Of a stretch of 64,000 nucleotides of DNA, positions 24,685 to 37,060 are shown piece by piece. The first letter of the stretch is position 1, and every line of letters starts with the position of its first letter. Both the position numbers and the translations under genes were made by a program. This DNA comes from Octopus sinensis (Eukaryota), in NCBI RefSeq assembly GCF_006345805.1, contig NC_042997.1, positions 25,172,001-25,236,000 on the forward strand, given 5' to 3'. Under the pieces are notes generated by a model. The model had not been told where the DNA came from. It worked only from the letters and a program-made list of their open reading frames with translations, and searched no databases.

Positions 24685-25082
24685 GTTGTTGTTGTTATAT
24701 ATTTTAAGGTAGCCAATTAAAACTTTTCGTGATTGCCACAGTTCTTTGTTTCTATTCTTTTGGCTTACATTTTTTTATACTCATTATACAGCAAGCTGTG
24801 CAGTAGTGTCACACGTGTGGAAACCTAACACAAAAATAAATTCAGACAAAAGAAAATGTGACGGTTATGATTTTTCCCTTGGCATAGTACCGAAGTTAAT
24901 GATGCTACCAATCGTGTTAAACTGAGATTAGCGTAAGCCCACACAAGAACTGAATATATATATAGGTTTATATACAAGAAAATATATATAAAAGACACTG
25001 ACTTTTCATAAACGTTATTAGTTTCAGTTCTCAAGATTATTTTCATCTCTGAATATTCATAACTTTCAAAGTTTGCACAAGG

Positions 25083-25252
25083 TACATACATACATACATA
25101 CATCCATCCATCCATCCATCCATCCATCCATCCATCCATCCATCCATCCATCCATCCATCCATCCATCCATCCATCCATCCATCCATCCATCCATCCATC
25201 CATCCATCCATCCATCCATCCATCCATCCATCCATCCATCCATCCATCCATC

Positions 25253-25309
<57 letters not shown>

Positions 25310-25320
25310 ATATATATATA
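25083..25320. repeat. (ATAC)n-(ATCC)n-(ATCT)n-(AT)n compound microsatellite
   Basis: Direct reading; source of the MDGW/IHPS ORFs. Confidence 0.97.
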
Positions 25321-25520
25321 ACGGGAAGGTTTACGAAAATAAACAAAAGACGAAGGCAGGTGGAGTACAAACAAACAAATGTATTAGTACGGCGCTCAAG
25401 AATAGAAATAGAACAAGTCTTTTAAGTTTCGAGCCTACGCTCTTCGACAGAAAGATACACAGAAAAAAAAACAAGGAGAGGAACAAGGAGAGAAAAAATG
25501 CGTGTAGGAGCTAACGATCT
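25321..25520 (-). mobile_element. Penelope-like terminal-repeat fragment with hammerhead-like motif
   Basis: Minus strand CTTT-CTGTCGA-A-GAGC-GTAG-GCTC-GAAAC-TTA-AAAG at 25419-25454; related copy at 31690-31860. Confidence 0.55.
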
Positions 25521-25546
25521 ATACATATATATATATATATACATAT

Positions 25547-25846
25547 ATTGGTCAAAATGGTAATACAACAAAAAAATGAAAGAGACCTCGATATTATGTA
25601 AATAGAGGAATTTATCTGTAAATGTAATATGTGACAGTTATTCGATAACCATGATAAAATTTCGAGTTTCCGATGTCGGGGTGGAAATCCACGCCGCCAT
25701 CTCTTCAGTTATACGGCCATCGGATTTTTCATAGCATTTTTTCCGATGGCCGGATAACTGTAGAGATGGCGACGTGAATTTCCACCCCGACATCCGAAAC
25801 TCGGAGTTTTATCATGGCTACCGAATAATTGTCACATATTACATTA
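25547..25846. mobile_element. Fold-back element (104-bp inverted repeat), probable inverted Penelope-like terminal repeats
   Basis: 25621-25724 and 25742-25845 are reverse complements with 10 mismatches and a 17-nt spacer; each arm holds a hammerhead-like motif. Confidence 0.7.
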
Positions 25847-25866
25847 CATATATATGTATATATATA

Positions 25867-25909
<43 letters not shown>

Positions 25910-25910
25910 C

Positions 25911-25943
<33 letters not shown>

Positions 25944-26679
25944 TATATACACTCACACGCACACACACACACATAGTGACAGTTTTGCACAGCCCAATGA
26001 TTCTGGCGTTGGAAGTTCGTAAGCCTCGAGCACAGACACACACACACACACAACACATACGCACACTCAAACACTCACACACACACAAACACACGCACGC
26101 ACACACATACATACAAACACACGCACACACATTCACAAACACACACACAAACACTCAAACACACACCCACGCACAAACACACACAAACATGCATACACAC
26201 AAAAACTCACAAACACACACACTCACACACAAATACACCCACAAACACACACACACACACACTCACATACACAACACTCACACACACACACACACTCACG
26301 CACACACAACACACACACACATATACATACATACGAATCGCTTATTTTAGTTTCTGACTACCAAGTCTACACAGAAGTATTTGCGTGTCCCGAAGCTATA
26401 GTAGAAGTCACTTTCCCAAGGTGTCGCACGAAGAACGATTTGGGTAGGAAGCTCACTTCTTTATTTCATATGATATCATATAGATTTGCCATACAGGCAT
26501 TTCGGAGATGGGATAAACAAGGACAGACAAACATAAAGGGGGAAGAGGCTTATACGTTTTAAAAATGTCAAATCAATGGGATGAAAAAATGAATCGATCA
26601 AATATGCAATAAAAATTTTAAATTTTGAATAAGTCATTGCGTTCCTCAATGAGGAGCGTTGAAAGAAAGGCACCCGTCA

Positions 26680-27000
26680 TCTGGGTAGAACCTTTACTTT
26701 TTAAACCGATCTCACTTACCTGGTGCCAATCGCACCCAGCTTGCTCACCACAGGCTGCCATCTTTTCACAAACATATCTCGTGACAGACACTTCTTCTCC
26801 AGCCTGATCTTACTACCGAGGTGGTAACTGAAAAAGTTAACCAGCCCCTGGAGAGAGATAAAGTTACCTGTCACTATACCTTTCACACGCGTCTTTCATA
26901 CTGTTTCTATCATATGGCTTCTACGCAGAGAAAACAAGCCATCCTTTCCCTGTTAAGGAAAGGAGGTGGCACAATCTCAATGATAGACTCAGCAGGAAGC
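26680..27000 (-). mobile_element. Possible L1/Tx1-like LINE ORF2 3' remnant
   Basis: Minus-strand LPAESIIEIVPPPFLNRERMACFLCV...GLVNFFSYHLGSKIRLEKKCLSRDMFVKRW resembles, from memory only, C-termini of L1/Tx1-like ORF2; no catalytic motif visible. Confidence 0.3.
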
Positions 27001-27501
27001 ACACTTCTTAACATACAGTCACACCTGCGCCTCATTCGTGCCACCGTAACCACCATTCGTTCTAATCTCTTCAAAATGCACACCCGTGACCGCCTTCTAC
27101 CTCTCCCATATTCCACCGTCTTTTCTTGCTGCCTACCGTATGTTGCTCACTCTATCTTATATTTCATCCTCCACCTAAACCACATTCTCCACGAGTTTCT
27201 CACTCGCACTAAACAACACAATTTTCACTTACACTAAGTTTTCCATTATTCCCAAGCATTAAACTAATACACCATCTTGTTCCTACAATTGCCATCGTCT
27301 TTTGTTTTCTATATATAAAGCTGAATTCTTCATCTTGACAGTTGATAGCCCTCTCAGTTAATCAACATCACCCCCGATAACATCCTCATCGTCTGTGAGC
27401 TCTGAGATGATTGAAGACCAGTTGAGTGAAGACCTGCAAGGCTTCAAAGATATGAGACAGTTAAGATTCCAAACTGCTCTAAGGTTTATATAATTTACTT
27501 G

Positions 27502-27820
27502 CGGTTACAGCGTTGAGCTTACGATCGTGAGGTTGTGAGTTCGAATCCCGGACCGGGCTGCGGGTTGTGGTCTTGAGCAAGACACTTTATTTCACGTTGC
27601 TCCACTTCACTCAGCTGTAGAAATGAGTTGCGACGTCACAGGTGCCAAGCTGTATCTGCTGTTGCCTTTCCCTTGGATAACACTGGTGGCATGGAGAGGA
27701 GAGGCAGGTATGCATGGGCGACTGCTGGTCTTCCATAAACAACCTTGCCCGGACTTGTGCCTGGGAGGGTAACTTTCTAGATGCAATCCCAAGGTCAGCC
27801 ATGATCAAAGGTGGTCTCAA
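27502..27820 (+). mobile_element. Family D SINE
   Basis: GAGCTTACGATCGTGAGGTTGTGAGTTCGAATCCCGG head, CORE-like block, same body as 20812-21140. Confidence 0.88.
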
Positions 27821-29479
27821 TAGTAATCTTATGCACTTTCATGTGCCTTACCAAACCACATAAGCCTTACGATTAAAAAATAGCTAATCATGTTTGAGTG
27901 TGCGCAGATTACTGTGTGATTTCACGAGGTCTATGTAGTCAGCTGTTGTGAGGATATGTAGGTAACAACGCTTGAGAATATTTATAACAGTCGTGATTTT
28001 CTTCTAGCCTTTAAACGTCTACTTTGAATTGTATGTAGTTTTCACGAATACAGTTCTTGAACTATTTTTTTTTTTTGGCTAATAATTTCAAAATTATAAC
28101 TCCCATAAAAGATACTGTTTCGATGATATTACAGCTGACATCCCTACAAATCTGCCTAGCCTATTGCACTTGAATCTGTTGTAAATTGTGGTTGAATAAA
28201 CACACAGCCAACCCTCTGACTATTTTTTATCAGATTGCAAATTTTTCCATTTTACATCTAGTATTCTTCTGAGGTATGTCTCAGAGGCTTACAAAAGTAT
28301 CGTCAGTATGCACGTCTTGTAAATGCTTAATTCTGTGTAACCTCTTATACCTATCTGATCATATCGTTTTCTCAAATTTTACAAATGGCGTACTTGCTTT
28401 TTCGATTGTCAGTATAATTTCAAATCAGAGACTGCCATCGCTAGATAAGGCATTTCTCAAGTATAATAATGTGTCCATTATTCTTAATCTTGTATTTTTC
28501 CCATAGAGTTTAGCCACCATTTAGTTAACTTTCATCTAATTTAACATATAAACGTTTATGACGAAGTAGATCTAAAAAAAAACATACCTCATTACAAAAC
28601 CAGCAATGATAACACCGACAAAAAACAGCCAATCAGCAAGTGCAAAACACAACATCATGCGTGATTCCACACGAATATTAATAAATCATGAAAACCAAGC
28701 TCTGAAGATCGCAGTGGCATGAAATGGGACTGGCAACATAAAAGTTCAGTTCCAATATGTGTATGTACGGGCGCGTGCGTGTGCCTGTGCGAAAGTGTGT
28801 GTGTGTGTGAGTGTGCGTGTGTTTCGGTTGATGTGAGTTTGTACGTGTGTATGAGCGTATTAAATGCGTATTGAGTATAATTTACATGTACTTTGTGATA
28901 ACGTATTGTAGAAGTATTATATTTTCATTGAAGTATGTAATACACCTGTATTCCAAGCGTAATTAACAAAATCCTCTTTATATTATGTCAGGTAAAAGGT
29001 AAACTGGTTTGCACTTATAGAAAGCCATATCTACATGCATGAAAGCCTTAAAAATACATCTATTATATAATACGATATAAATCATCCATCAATCTATAGA
29101 GTGCTATATCTCATTCATATATGAGTGTTATTGTTTCAATATTATTTGATAAATCGAGAAAGCTTTGAAAACTGCACGTTTACATTTAAGCGTTTAAATA
29201 ACTGGAAAACTATCATCTGATTTTACATGTAACAAAAATAATTGTAATTCTGAATGTACAAAGTTTTGAATTTCTTCCTTTCATACGTACACATGCAATC
29301 AACATTCACGTATGAGTCTCATAAAGGACATGAAAAATGGAAGTATTTATTTTATTGACTCCAAAAGGTAAAGTTGACTTCGGCGGAATTGGAACTCAAA
29401 CTGTAAAAACAGGCGAAATGCTGCTAATCCTTTTGCCCGGTGTGCTTAACGATTCTGCCAACTCACCACAGTAGAAGAA

Positions 29480-29960
29480 TGTAATGTTAACTCAAAACGT
29501 GCAGTATTTACATTTGACGGATATTTATTCTCATCAAGTTTCGGCTGATATACCCTTCAGCCTTCATCAGGTGTCTTGGGGAAATTTCGAACCTGGGTTT
29601 GTTATCATTCTTAAGGTATTACTACTGGAATCGAACTCGAAATCTTGGGCTTAGAAGCCCGCGCTCTTAACCACTATGCCATGGACAATTATGGAGTGAA
29701 TTTTAGGGCTTATAAATCTAATATTTTCCTATCTTTCCTTAATACCGGTTCCCATATGCTGTTCATATCTGAACTCGGTCTGCTTGGGAAGTTGTTGTGT
29801 CCTAGCATATGTGTTGCTTCTTTTAGTTTTCGTATTTTCCAGTGGTGTTCTCCGTCTATCATTTTAATTTCATCCCACAAGGGGGACGTGGTCTCCATTT
29901 TTCCATACATGATCAGCTATATCCAATTTATCAATATCTTCTGTTCAATATATGAACAAG
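29480..29960 (-). mobile_element. Penelope-like element 3' end: GIY-YIG C-terminus, tRNA-like segment, hammerhead core
   Basis: Minus strand EDIDKLDIADH...PLWDEIKMIDGEHHWKIRKLKEATHMLG...WEPVLRK*; then TGGCATAGTGGTTAAGAGCGCGGGC...GAGTTCGATTCC; then CTGATGA-A-GGCTG..CAGCC-GAAAC. Confidence 0.75.
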
Positions 29961-30016
29961 TATAAATATTGCATAGTTTAAGGATATATGATCTCCTCTC
30001 GAACGAATTTGAACAA

Positions 30017-30438
30017 TTTACTCTTTACTCTATTACTCTTTTACTTGTTTCAGTCATTTGACTGCGGCCATGCTGGAGCACCGCCTTTAGTCGAGCAAAT
30101 CGACCCTGGGTCTTATTCTTTGTAAGCCCAGTACTTATTCTATCGGTCTCTTTTGCCGAACCGCTAAGTGACGGGGACGTAAACACACCAGCATCGGTTG
30201 TCAAGCAATGCTAGGGGGACAAACACAGACACACAAACACATACACACACGCTTATATATATATACATATATACGACAGGCTTCTTTCAGTTTTTCCGTC
30301 TACCAAATCCACTCACAAGGCATTGGTCGGCCCGGGGCTATAGCAGAAGACACTTGCCCAAGATGCCACGCAATGGGACTGAACCCGGAACCATGTGGTT
30401 GTTTAGCAAGCTATTTACCACACAGCCACTCCTGCGCC
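30017..30438 (-). mobile_element. Family B SINE
   Basis: Full-length B sequence. Confidence 0.93.
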
Positions 30439-30725
30439 TATAGAATTTAAAATATAATTCATTTGTATATTTTCTTCAAGGTATATATATAACATATGCT
30501 TATTTTATATTTATTTGGAGTCGATTTGTTAATTTTATTGCATTTCATTTTTCTTCGCTAAATTGAACAGAAGCACAACATATGGCTAAGTATTAGATGT
30601 GTATGATTATAGGCCATTCTCTTTCTATCGATGACTTTGTATGTGTTTGGCGAAAACTTCTATCTGAGCCTGGAATCTAACTCCAAATTTATCTTGTAAC
30701 TGTTCATATATGTGCTCTTGTACGT

Positions 30726-30825
<100 letters not shown>

Positions 30826-30899
30826 GCACAGACACACAAACACTCACTTTGTGTGTGATTGTGTCTATATCGCTTTCATGATTCCACTTCTCTCACTCT

Positions 30900-30933
<34 letters not shown>

Positions 30934-31012
30934 CCATTTCTCTTTCTCTCTCACTCTCTGTTATATCGCACGTTCGGATGCCTTCTACTCCATTATACTC
31001 TCTCTACTTAAG

Positions 31013-31245
31013 GCGGCGGGCTGGCAGAAACGTTAGCGCGCTGGGCGAAATGCTTAGCGGTATTTCGTCTGCCGTTACGTTCTGAGTTCAAATTCCGCTG
31101 AGGTCGATATTGCCTTTCATCTTTTCGGGGTCGATGAATAAAGTACCAGTTACGCACTGGGGTCGATGTAATCGACTTAATACCTATGTCTGTCCTTGTT
31201 TGTCCCCTCTATGTTTAGCCCCTTGTGGGTAATAAAGAAATATAC
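31013..31245 (+). mobile_element. Family A SINE monomer
   Basis: Full head and body; ACTCTCTCTACT repeated on both flanks (TSD). Confidence 0.92.
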
Positions 31246-31689
31246 ACTCTCTCTACTCTTCGTCTCGACGTCTAGACTTCTCCCTCTATATCTACGTATT
31301 GGGCTAGTCTACTTCATCGTCTGGGGGCGTCGACACTACACTCTCTCTAAATTATTAAACAGAAATACATAAATGATAACTGTACTTGATAGTAATTTGT
31401 GACACTTTCCTTTTCCATATTTTTTAGCATTAATGTTTTAGATATTTTTTTTGATTTTGTGACATTTTTTCTGTAGTCCTTACATAATTTGCTTTGTGAT
31501 ATACCTTTTTTATGCAAAGTAGAGAATCGCATTTCAATAATCCCAGACAGACATATTACCTTACAGAAATATCTTTTACTTCAGACTAAGAAAGAACAAA
31601 GAATAAAGAAGAAATTTCAGCATGAGAACAAGATGGTTTGAAAGAAAACTGAAGCGAAAATAATAGGAAAATTATGTATATGATCGATC

Positions 31690-31860
31690 GCTAGCCACTA
31701 AAGCGTTTTTTATATTCTCTCTCTATATTTTCTCGTGTTCCTTCCTGTTGAAGAGCGAAAGCTCGAAACGTAAAGACTCTCTCATTTTCTAGAACGCTAA
31801 ACTAATATATCCGTTTGTTGTTTATACACCTTTCTTTGTCTTCTTTTTTTTTTTTAAATC
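31690..31860 (+). mobile_element. Penelope-like terminal-repeat fragment with hammerhead-like motif
   Basis: CTTC-CTGTTGA-A-GAGC-GAAA-GCTC-GAAAC-GTA-AAG at 31741-31775. Confidence 0.55.
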
Positions 31861-31865
31861 CCAAC

Positions 31866-31910
<45 letters not shown>

Positions 31911-31943
31911 TTATATATATATATGTATGTATGTATGCATATA

Positions 31944-31982
<39 letters not shown>

Positions 31983-32840
31983 TATATGAATATATATGAA
32001 TATATATATATATATATCTATATATATATATATATTATATATATATATATATATGAATATATATATGAATATATATATAATTTGAATATATAAATATCAT
32101 AGAACTCACAGAACAAAACTTAAAAATCTATGAAAATGTATTTTGTGATTTGTATTTGTTTGATCTCTTTTTTGTTATGTTTTACTTTCTTTCTTTCTTT
32201 GCTTTTTTTCGTAGAGCTTGAAAGCAACCTGGCTAAGATGATGTTAATAAAAAGAAACAACAGCAACATTGGTACGGAATTATCAAATTCCTGATTGACA
32301 AATTACTAATGGCAGCAGAAAGGAAGGCTGATGGTATTCCCTAGAAACAAAAAAGTTTACCAACGCAAGACATTGGTGCAGGTGAAAATCATCTCGTAAA
32401 ATCGATTCCCTCTTGCATCTATAGTTTAAAGGCAGACATTTTGAATCTTTAATTCAAAGAACAACGTTATACTTTTCATTCTGGCTTTCGTTTGATAATA
32501 GATTGTCTTCTATTCAATGTTCGGCTCATGGTATAAAATTTCTGTTTTATTTTTATTTTTATTTTATATTATAGGCGGTTGTCTCCTTTGTAATCCTTCA
32601 ACGTGCATTTCCATATTCCATGCATTCGTAACCAATGTTGTTTGCAGCACATTAACAAGCGAAACAATGAATGTGTAACGATGTATCCAACAAAGATATG
32701 TTCCTATCAGTAGCAAACGAAACATTGAATGTATAAGTAATTAATAAACAGAACAATCTATGTATTAACAAGTATTTCTCACCTATTTCAATGAATATTA
32801 CTGAGATACAATACTCTACACTGTGTGTGAGTATATATAT

Positions 32841-32931
<91 letters not shown>

Positions 32932-33089
32932 TGTAGACTGATAGATAAATATACATATACATATATACATATATAGCATGTATGTAGCATTCGTCACAAT
33001 CGGAACTGCCACGTTAGGTTGGAAATAACTTTTACTTCATACGTACATATCCACACACACATATGTGTCTGTATGTGTGCATGTATGTA

Positions 33090-33172
<83 letters not shown>

Positions 33173-34257
33173 AGTGTGTGTGTGAACTCACGCAGTTTGA
33201 GTGCGACTTGTCATTTATGCATATCTGGTAAAAGAAAGGAATGGAGACACTGAAATATTTTCAACTTCAGCTGCTTTTCCATTTTCTAACTATACATTAT
33301 GTTAATATATCAAAGAAAGAAAGGGAAATAAACAATATTTCGGGAGCCCTTTAAACAGTCTATATGAAACGAACGCACTAAAATTATATGCTTAATAATC
33401 TTACTCTGATTATAGGAACGAACATTATTTGATCCAACTCAGCCACAAGTAAGAAGACATGTAGTCTAACGCATAAAAAGCTAGACAACACCCTTTTAAA
33501 TTTCTTTTATTCTTTTCTTTTTTTTTCGTTTCTTTCTGATTCTTTTTCTTTGTGAAATTGTGTACAAGGGGATACGTTATCAAACAAATGTTTTTTCTAA
33601 GACAGACGAGTTTGATATGAGGAAGTACTTGCTGCTATTTCTATAAATTTAGGTAATCTAGTAACTAAGTGGCCGCTTCTACAGAAGTCGTTCTCAGCTG
33701 AATGATTACGAATGTGTGTTCTCAATTGGTGTTCTCATTAGAAAAGGAATCAGAACTTCATATGAATACCATTGCATTATAAACTTTCATGGAGAATTTT
33801 TACATAGAATGTGCTGTACTAATTAAACATCGGACAAACAATTGGCCTTTCAAACACTAATTAACACACATTTATTGAAGCATACGTACGAGAACACCCG
33901 ACTCATACAAAGAACGACCGAGAAAAGGAAAATGGCAATTAAATGTAAAAATCATTATGAGAATAAAATCAATATTAGCAAATATACTTAAATAATTATA
34001 CAAACGCAACTAATTAAAAGATAATTCTCCAATACGGGGACATACATCCCTAGTTAAGTACACGCATTCATGCACAAACGTAGCAAATAAACAAACATAC
34101 ACACACATACATACACACATACACACACACATTATCTATCTATACATTCATATAAACATACTGTCTGCATTGTGGTTAGAACTCACTACACTGGAAATGT
34201 TAGCTCTTTTATCGACGATAGTCTAAGTTAAACCTTAGCAGGGTCTGAAATAAAGTA

Positions 34258-34848
34258 TTCTTTTCTACTCTGGACACAATGCTCGAAATTTTGGGGGAGG
34301 GGGCCTGTCGATTAGATCGACCTGAGTACGCAAATGGCACTTAATTTATCGATCCCGGAAGGATGAAAGCCAAAGTCGACCACGGCGGAATTTGAACTCA
34401 GAACGTAAAGGCAGACGAAACACCTATTTCTTTACTACCCACGAGGGGCTAAACACAGAGAGGACAAACAATGACAGACAAACGGATTAAGTCGATTATA
34501 TCGACCCCAGTGCGTATCTGGTACTTATTTAATCGACCCCGAAAGGATGAAAGGCAAAGTCAACCTCGGCGGAATTTGAACTCAGAACGTAGTGGCAGAC
34601 GAAATACCTATTTCTGTTTCTTTACTACCCACAAGGGGCTAAACACAGAGAGGACAAACAAGGACAGACAAACGGATTAAGTCGATTATATCGACCCCAG
34701 TGCGTATCTGGTACTTATTTAATCGACCCCGAAAGGATGAAAGGCAAAGTCAACCTCGGCGGAATTTTTACTCAGAACGTAAATGCAGACGAAATACTGC
34801 TTAGCATTTCGTCCGGCATCCTAACGATTCTGCCTGCTCGCCGCCTTG
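34258..34848 (-). mobile_element. Family A SINE trimer
   Basis: Head at right, two body units, alternative tail at left; junctions CCTATTTC at ~34423 and ~34608. Confidence 0.9.
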
Positions 34849-34944
34849 ACATTTATAAAATATTGAAGGCAGACATTGTGAAGTGTACTCGATACGCAGG
34901 ATCGAAGTTCCAAAAACTATTTTAAACGGGATATACTCTTTCTT

Positions 34945-36560
34945 ATTTTTTCATTCTATCACTTGTTTCAGTCATTTTACTCCAGCCATGCTGGTACACC
35001 ACCTTAAAGGGTTTTACTCGAAGAAATCGGGCCTAGTACTTATTCTCTGTAAGCCTAGTACTTGTTCTATCGGCCTCTTTCTCTGAGCAACTAAGTTACG
35101 GGGACGTAAACACACCAACATCGGTTGTCAACCGATGGTTGTGGGACAAACACAAATACAAAAACACATACACATATAGATACATATGCATATATATATA
35201 TATATACAGGGTTTGGACAAAATAATGGAAACACCTAGCATCACAGCATCATAATTTTGAAATGTCTATAAAACCGTCAAAAGCTTGTTTAATTTTGTTT
35301 TTTGATTCATTGTTAGTGTTGCTTAATAGCTTGCTGTTTCTTTTCAGTTATCACCAGAAAAAGGTAATTAAAATTCATTAAAGTGACAGATCTATCAGAC
35401 TTTCATATAGGTGAAATTGTTGGTGTTAGTATGGCAGGTGCTAGCGTAAAGAAAGCAACCGAAATATTTGATGTATCAAGAAGTGCTCTCTCGAAAGTAA
35501 TGACAGCCTTTGAGAAGGAGAGAAAGACCTCCTTGTTGAAACAAAACTCCGGAAGAAAACCAAATCTTTCAGATAGGGACCGTCAGACTCTGACGTGAGT
35601 TGTTAGAATGGATCACAAAAGCATAGATCCCCAAATTACTGCAAAACGTAATGACCACTCCAAGAACCCACTTTCCAGAAGCCGGATGTCACGAGAGAGC
35701 TGCAATTAGGAAACAAACATTGCAAAGTTTTTAGAGTGGAGTAAAAACCTACAGAACTGGTCCCTAGAGCAGTGGAAGAATGTTATTTTCTGGGACAGCC
35801 AAAAGAAACATCTGACCCAGACTGCCTTCTTCCAAATGTTAAACATAAAGGAGGATCTGTAATGTTCTGGTGGGGGAATATATACCTTGGAAATTAGCCG
35901 GCCCAATGGTTTCTCTTCATGGCAGAACTAATAGTCAAGACTATTTAAGCATTTTATTTGATCAAATTCATCCAATGTTGCCGAACGGTTCCTGGAGAAA
36001 AACGCAATCTTTCAGGATGATAATGTACCAATTCACACAGTTAAATTTGTTACTGAATGGCATGAGGAATATTCTAGGGAAGTTGAACTTCTTATCTAGC
36101 CACCACAGTCTCCAGATCTCAATATTACTGAACATTTACGGTGAATTTTAGAAAAACAAGTAAGGAGTTAATATCCTCCACCATTATCACTACAAGAAAT
36201 GGAGACTGTTTTAGCTGAAGAATGGACAAAAATTCCTTTGGAAACAATTCAAAATTTGTACGAGTCCATACATCGTAGAATTCAAGGTGTAATTACTGCT
36301 AAAGGTGGTCCTACACCATATTAAAGTAAATTTGTTTGAATTTTTATGGTGTTTCCATTACATACTATACATACTCACAGACACACACACACACACATAT
36401 ATATAGGACGGGCTTCTTTCAGTTTCACTCAACCAAATCCACTCACAAGGCTTTGGTCGGCCCGAGGCTATAGTAGAAGACACTTGCCCAAGGTGCCATG
36501 CAGTGGGACTGAACCCAGAACGATGTGGTTGGGAAGCAATCTTCTTAGCATACAGCCACA
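34945..36560 (-). mobile_element. Family B SINE split in two by a Tc1-like element
   Basis: 3' half at ~34945-35200 and 5' half at ~36385-36560, both ending in the internal (CA)/(TA) tract. Confidence 0.75.
35207..36360 (+). mobile_element. Defective Tc1-like transposon, DD36E spacing
   Basis: TA|CAGGGTTTGGACAAAATAATGGAAACACC left TIR; partial right TIR GGTGTTTCCATTA; HTH MTDLSDFHIGEIVG...NSGRKPNLSDRDR; FQDDN...PPQSPDLNITEH...KGGPTPY*; stops, frameshifts and internal deletions. Confidence 0.92.
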
Positions 36561-36806
36561 CCTATAGTCATATTAAACTTGTAAATATGCTTTTTTCTGT
36601 TCCTTTTTGTTTTTTGTGCGGAATTAGAAATGACTTGCTACCTGCCTTCATCACTTCGAGATTAATCGTAGCATACTGTATACGATAATTTACTAATGTT
36701 TGGCTTTGTTGCATCGAAACAAGATCCTCATGGTTTGCAAGTGAAATTTATCAATCAATGTTTTGTACGCGTCTTTGTATGTACTCGTCTTTGTACTCGC
36801 GAGGGC

Positions 36807-36859
<53 letters not shown>

Positions 36860-36988
36860 ACACACACACACACACATACCACACACACACATACACACAC
36901 ACACATACACACACACACACATACACACACACACATACACACACACACACATACCACACACACACACATACACACACACACACACACA

Positions 36989-37033
<45 letters not shown>

Positions 37034-37060
37034 CTCTCTTCATCTCTCTCTCTCTCTTTC
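36807..37060. repeat. Interrupted (CA)n microsatellite
   Basis: Direct reading. Confidence 0.95.

Noticed and set aside
26710-26730. Strong minus-strand donor-like CAG|GTAAGT
   Set aside because: Lies at the end of a probable decayed LINE remnant; no credible upstream exon.
32205-32275. Possible small plus-strand exon (TTTTTCGTAG...ATTG|GTACGG; ELESNLAKMMLIKRNNSNIG)
   Set aside because: Weak donor, no recognisable protein similarity, no supporting neighbours.
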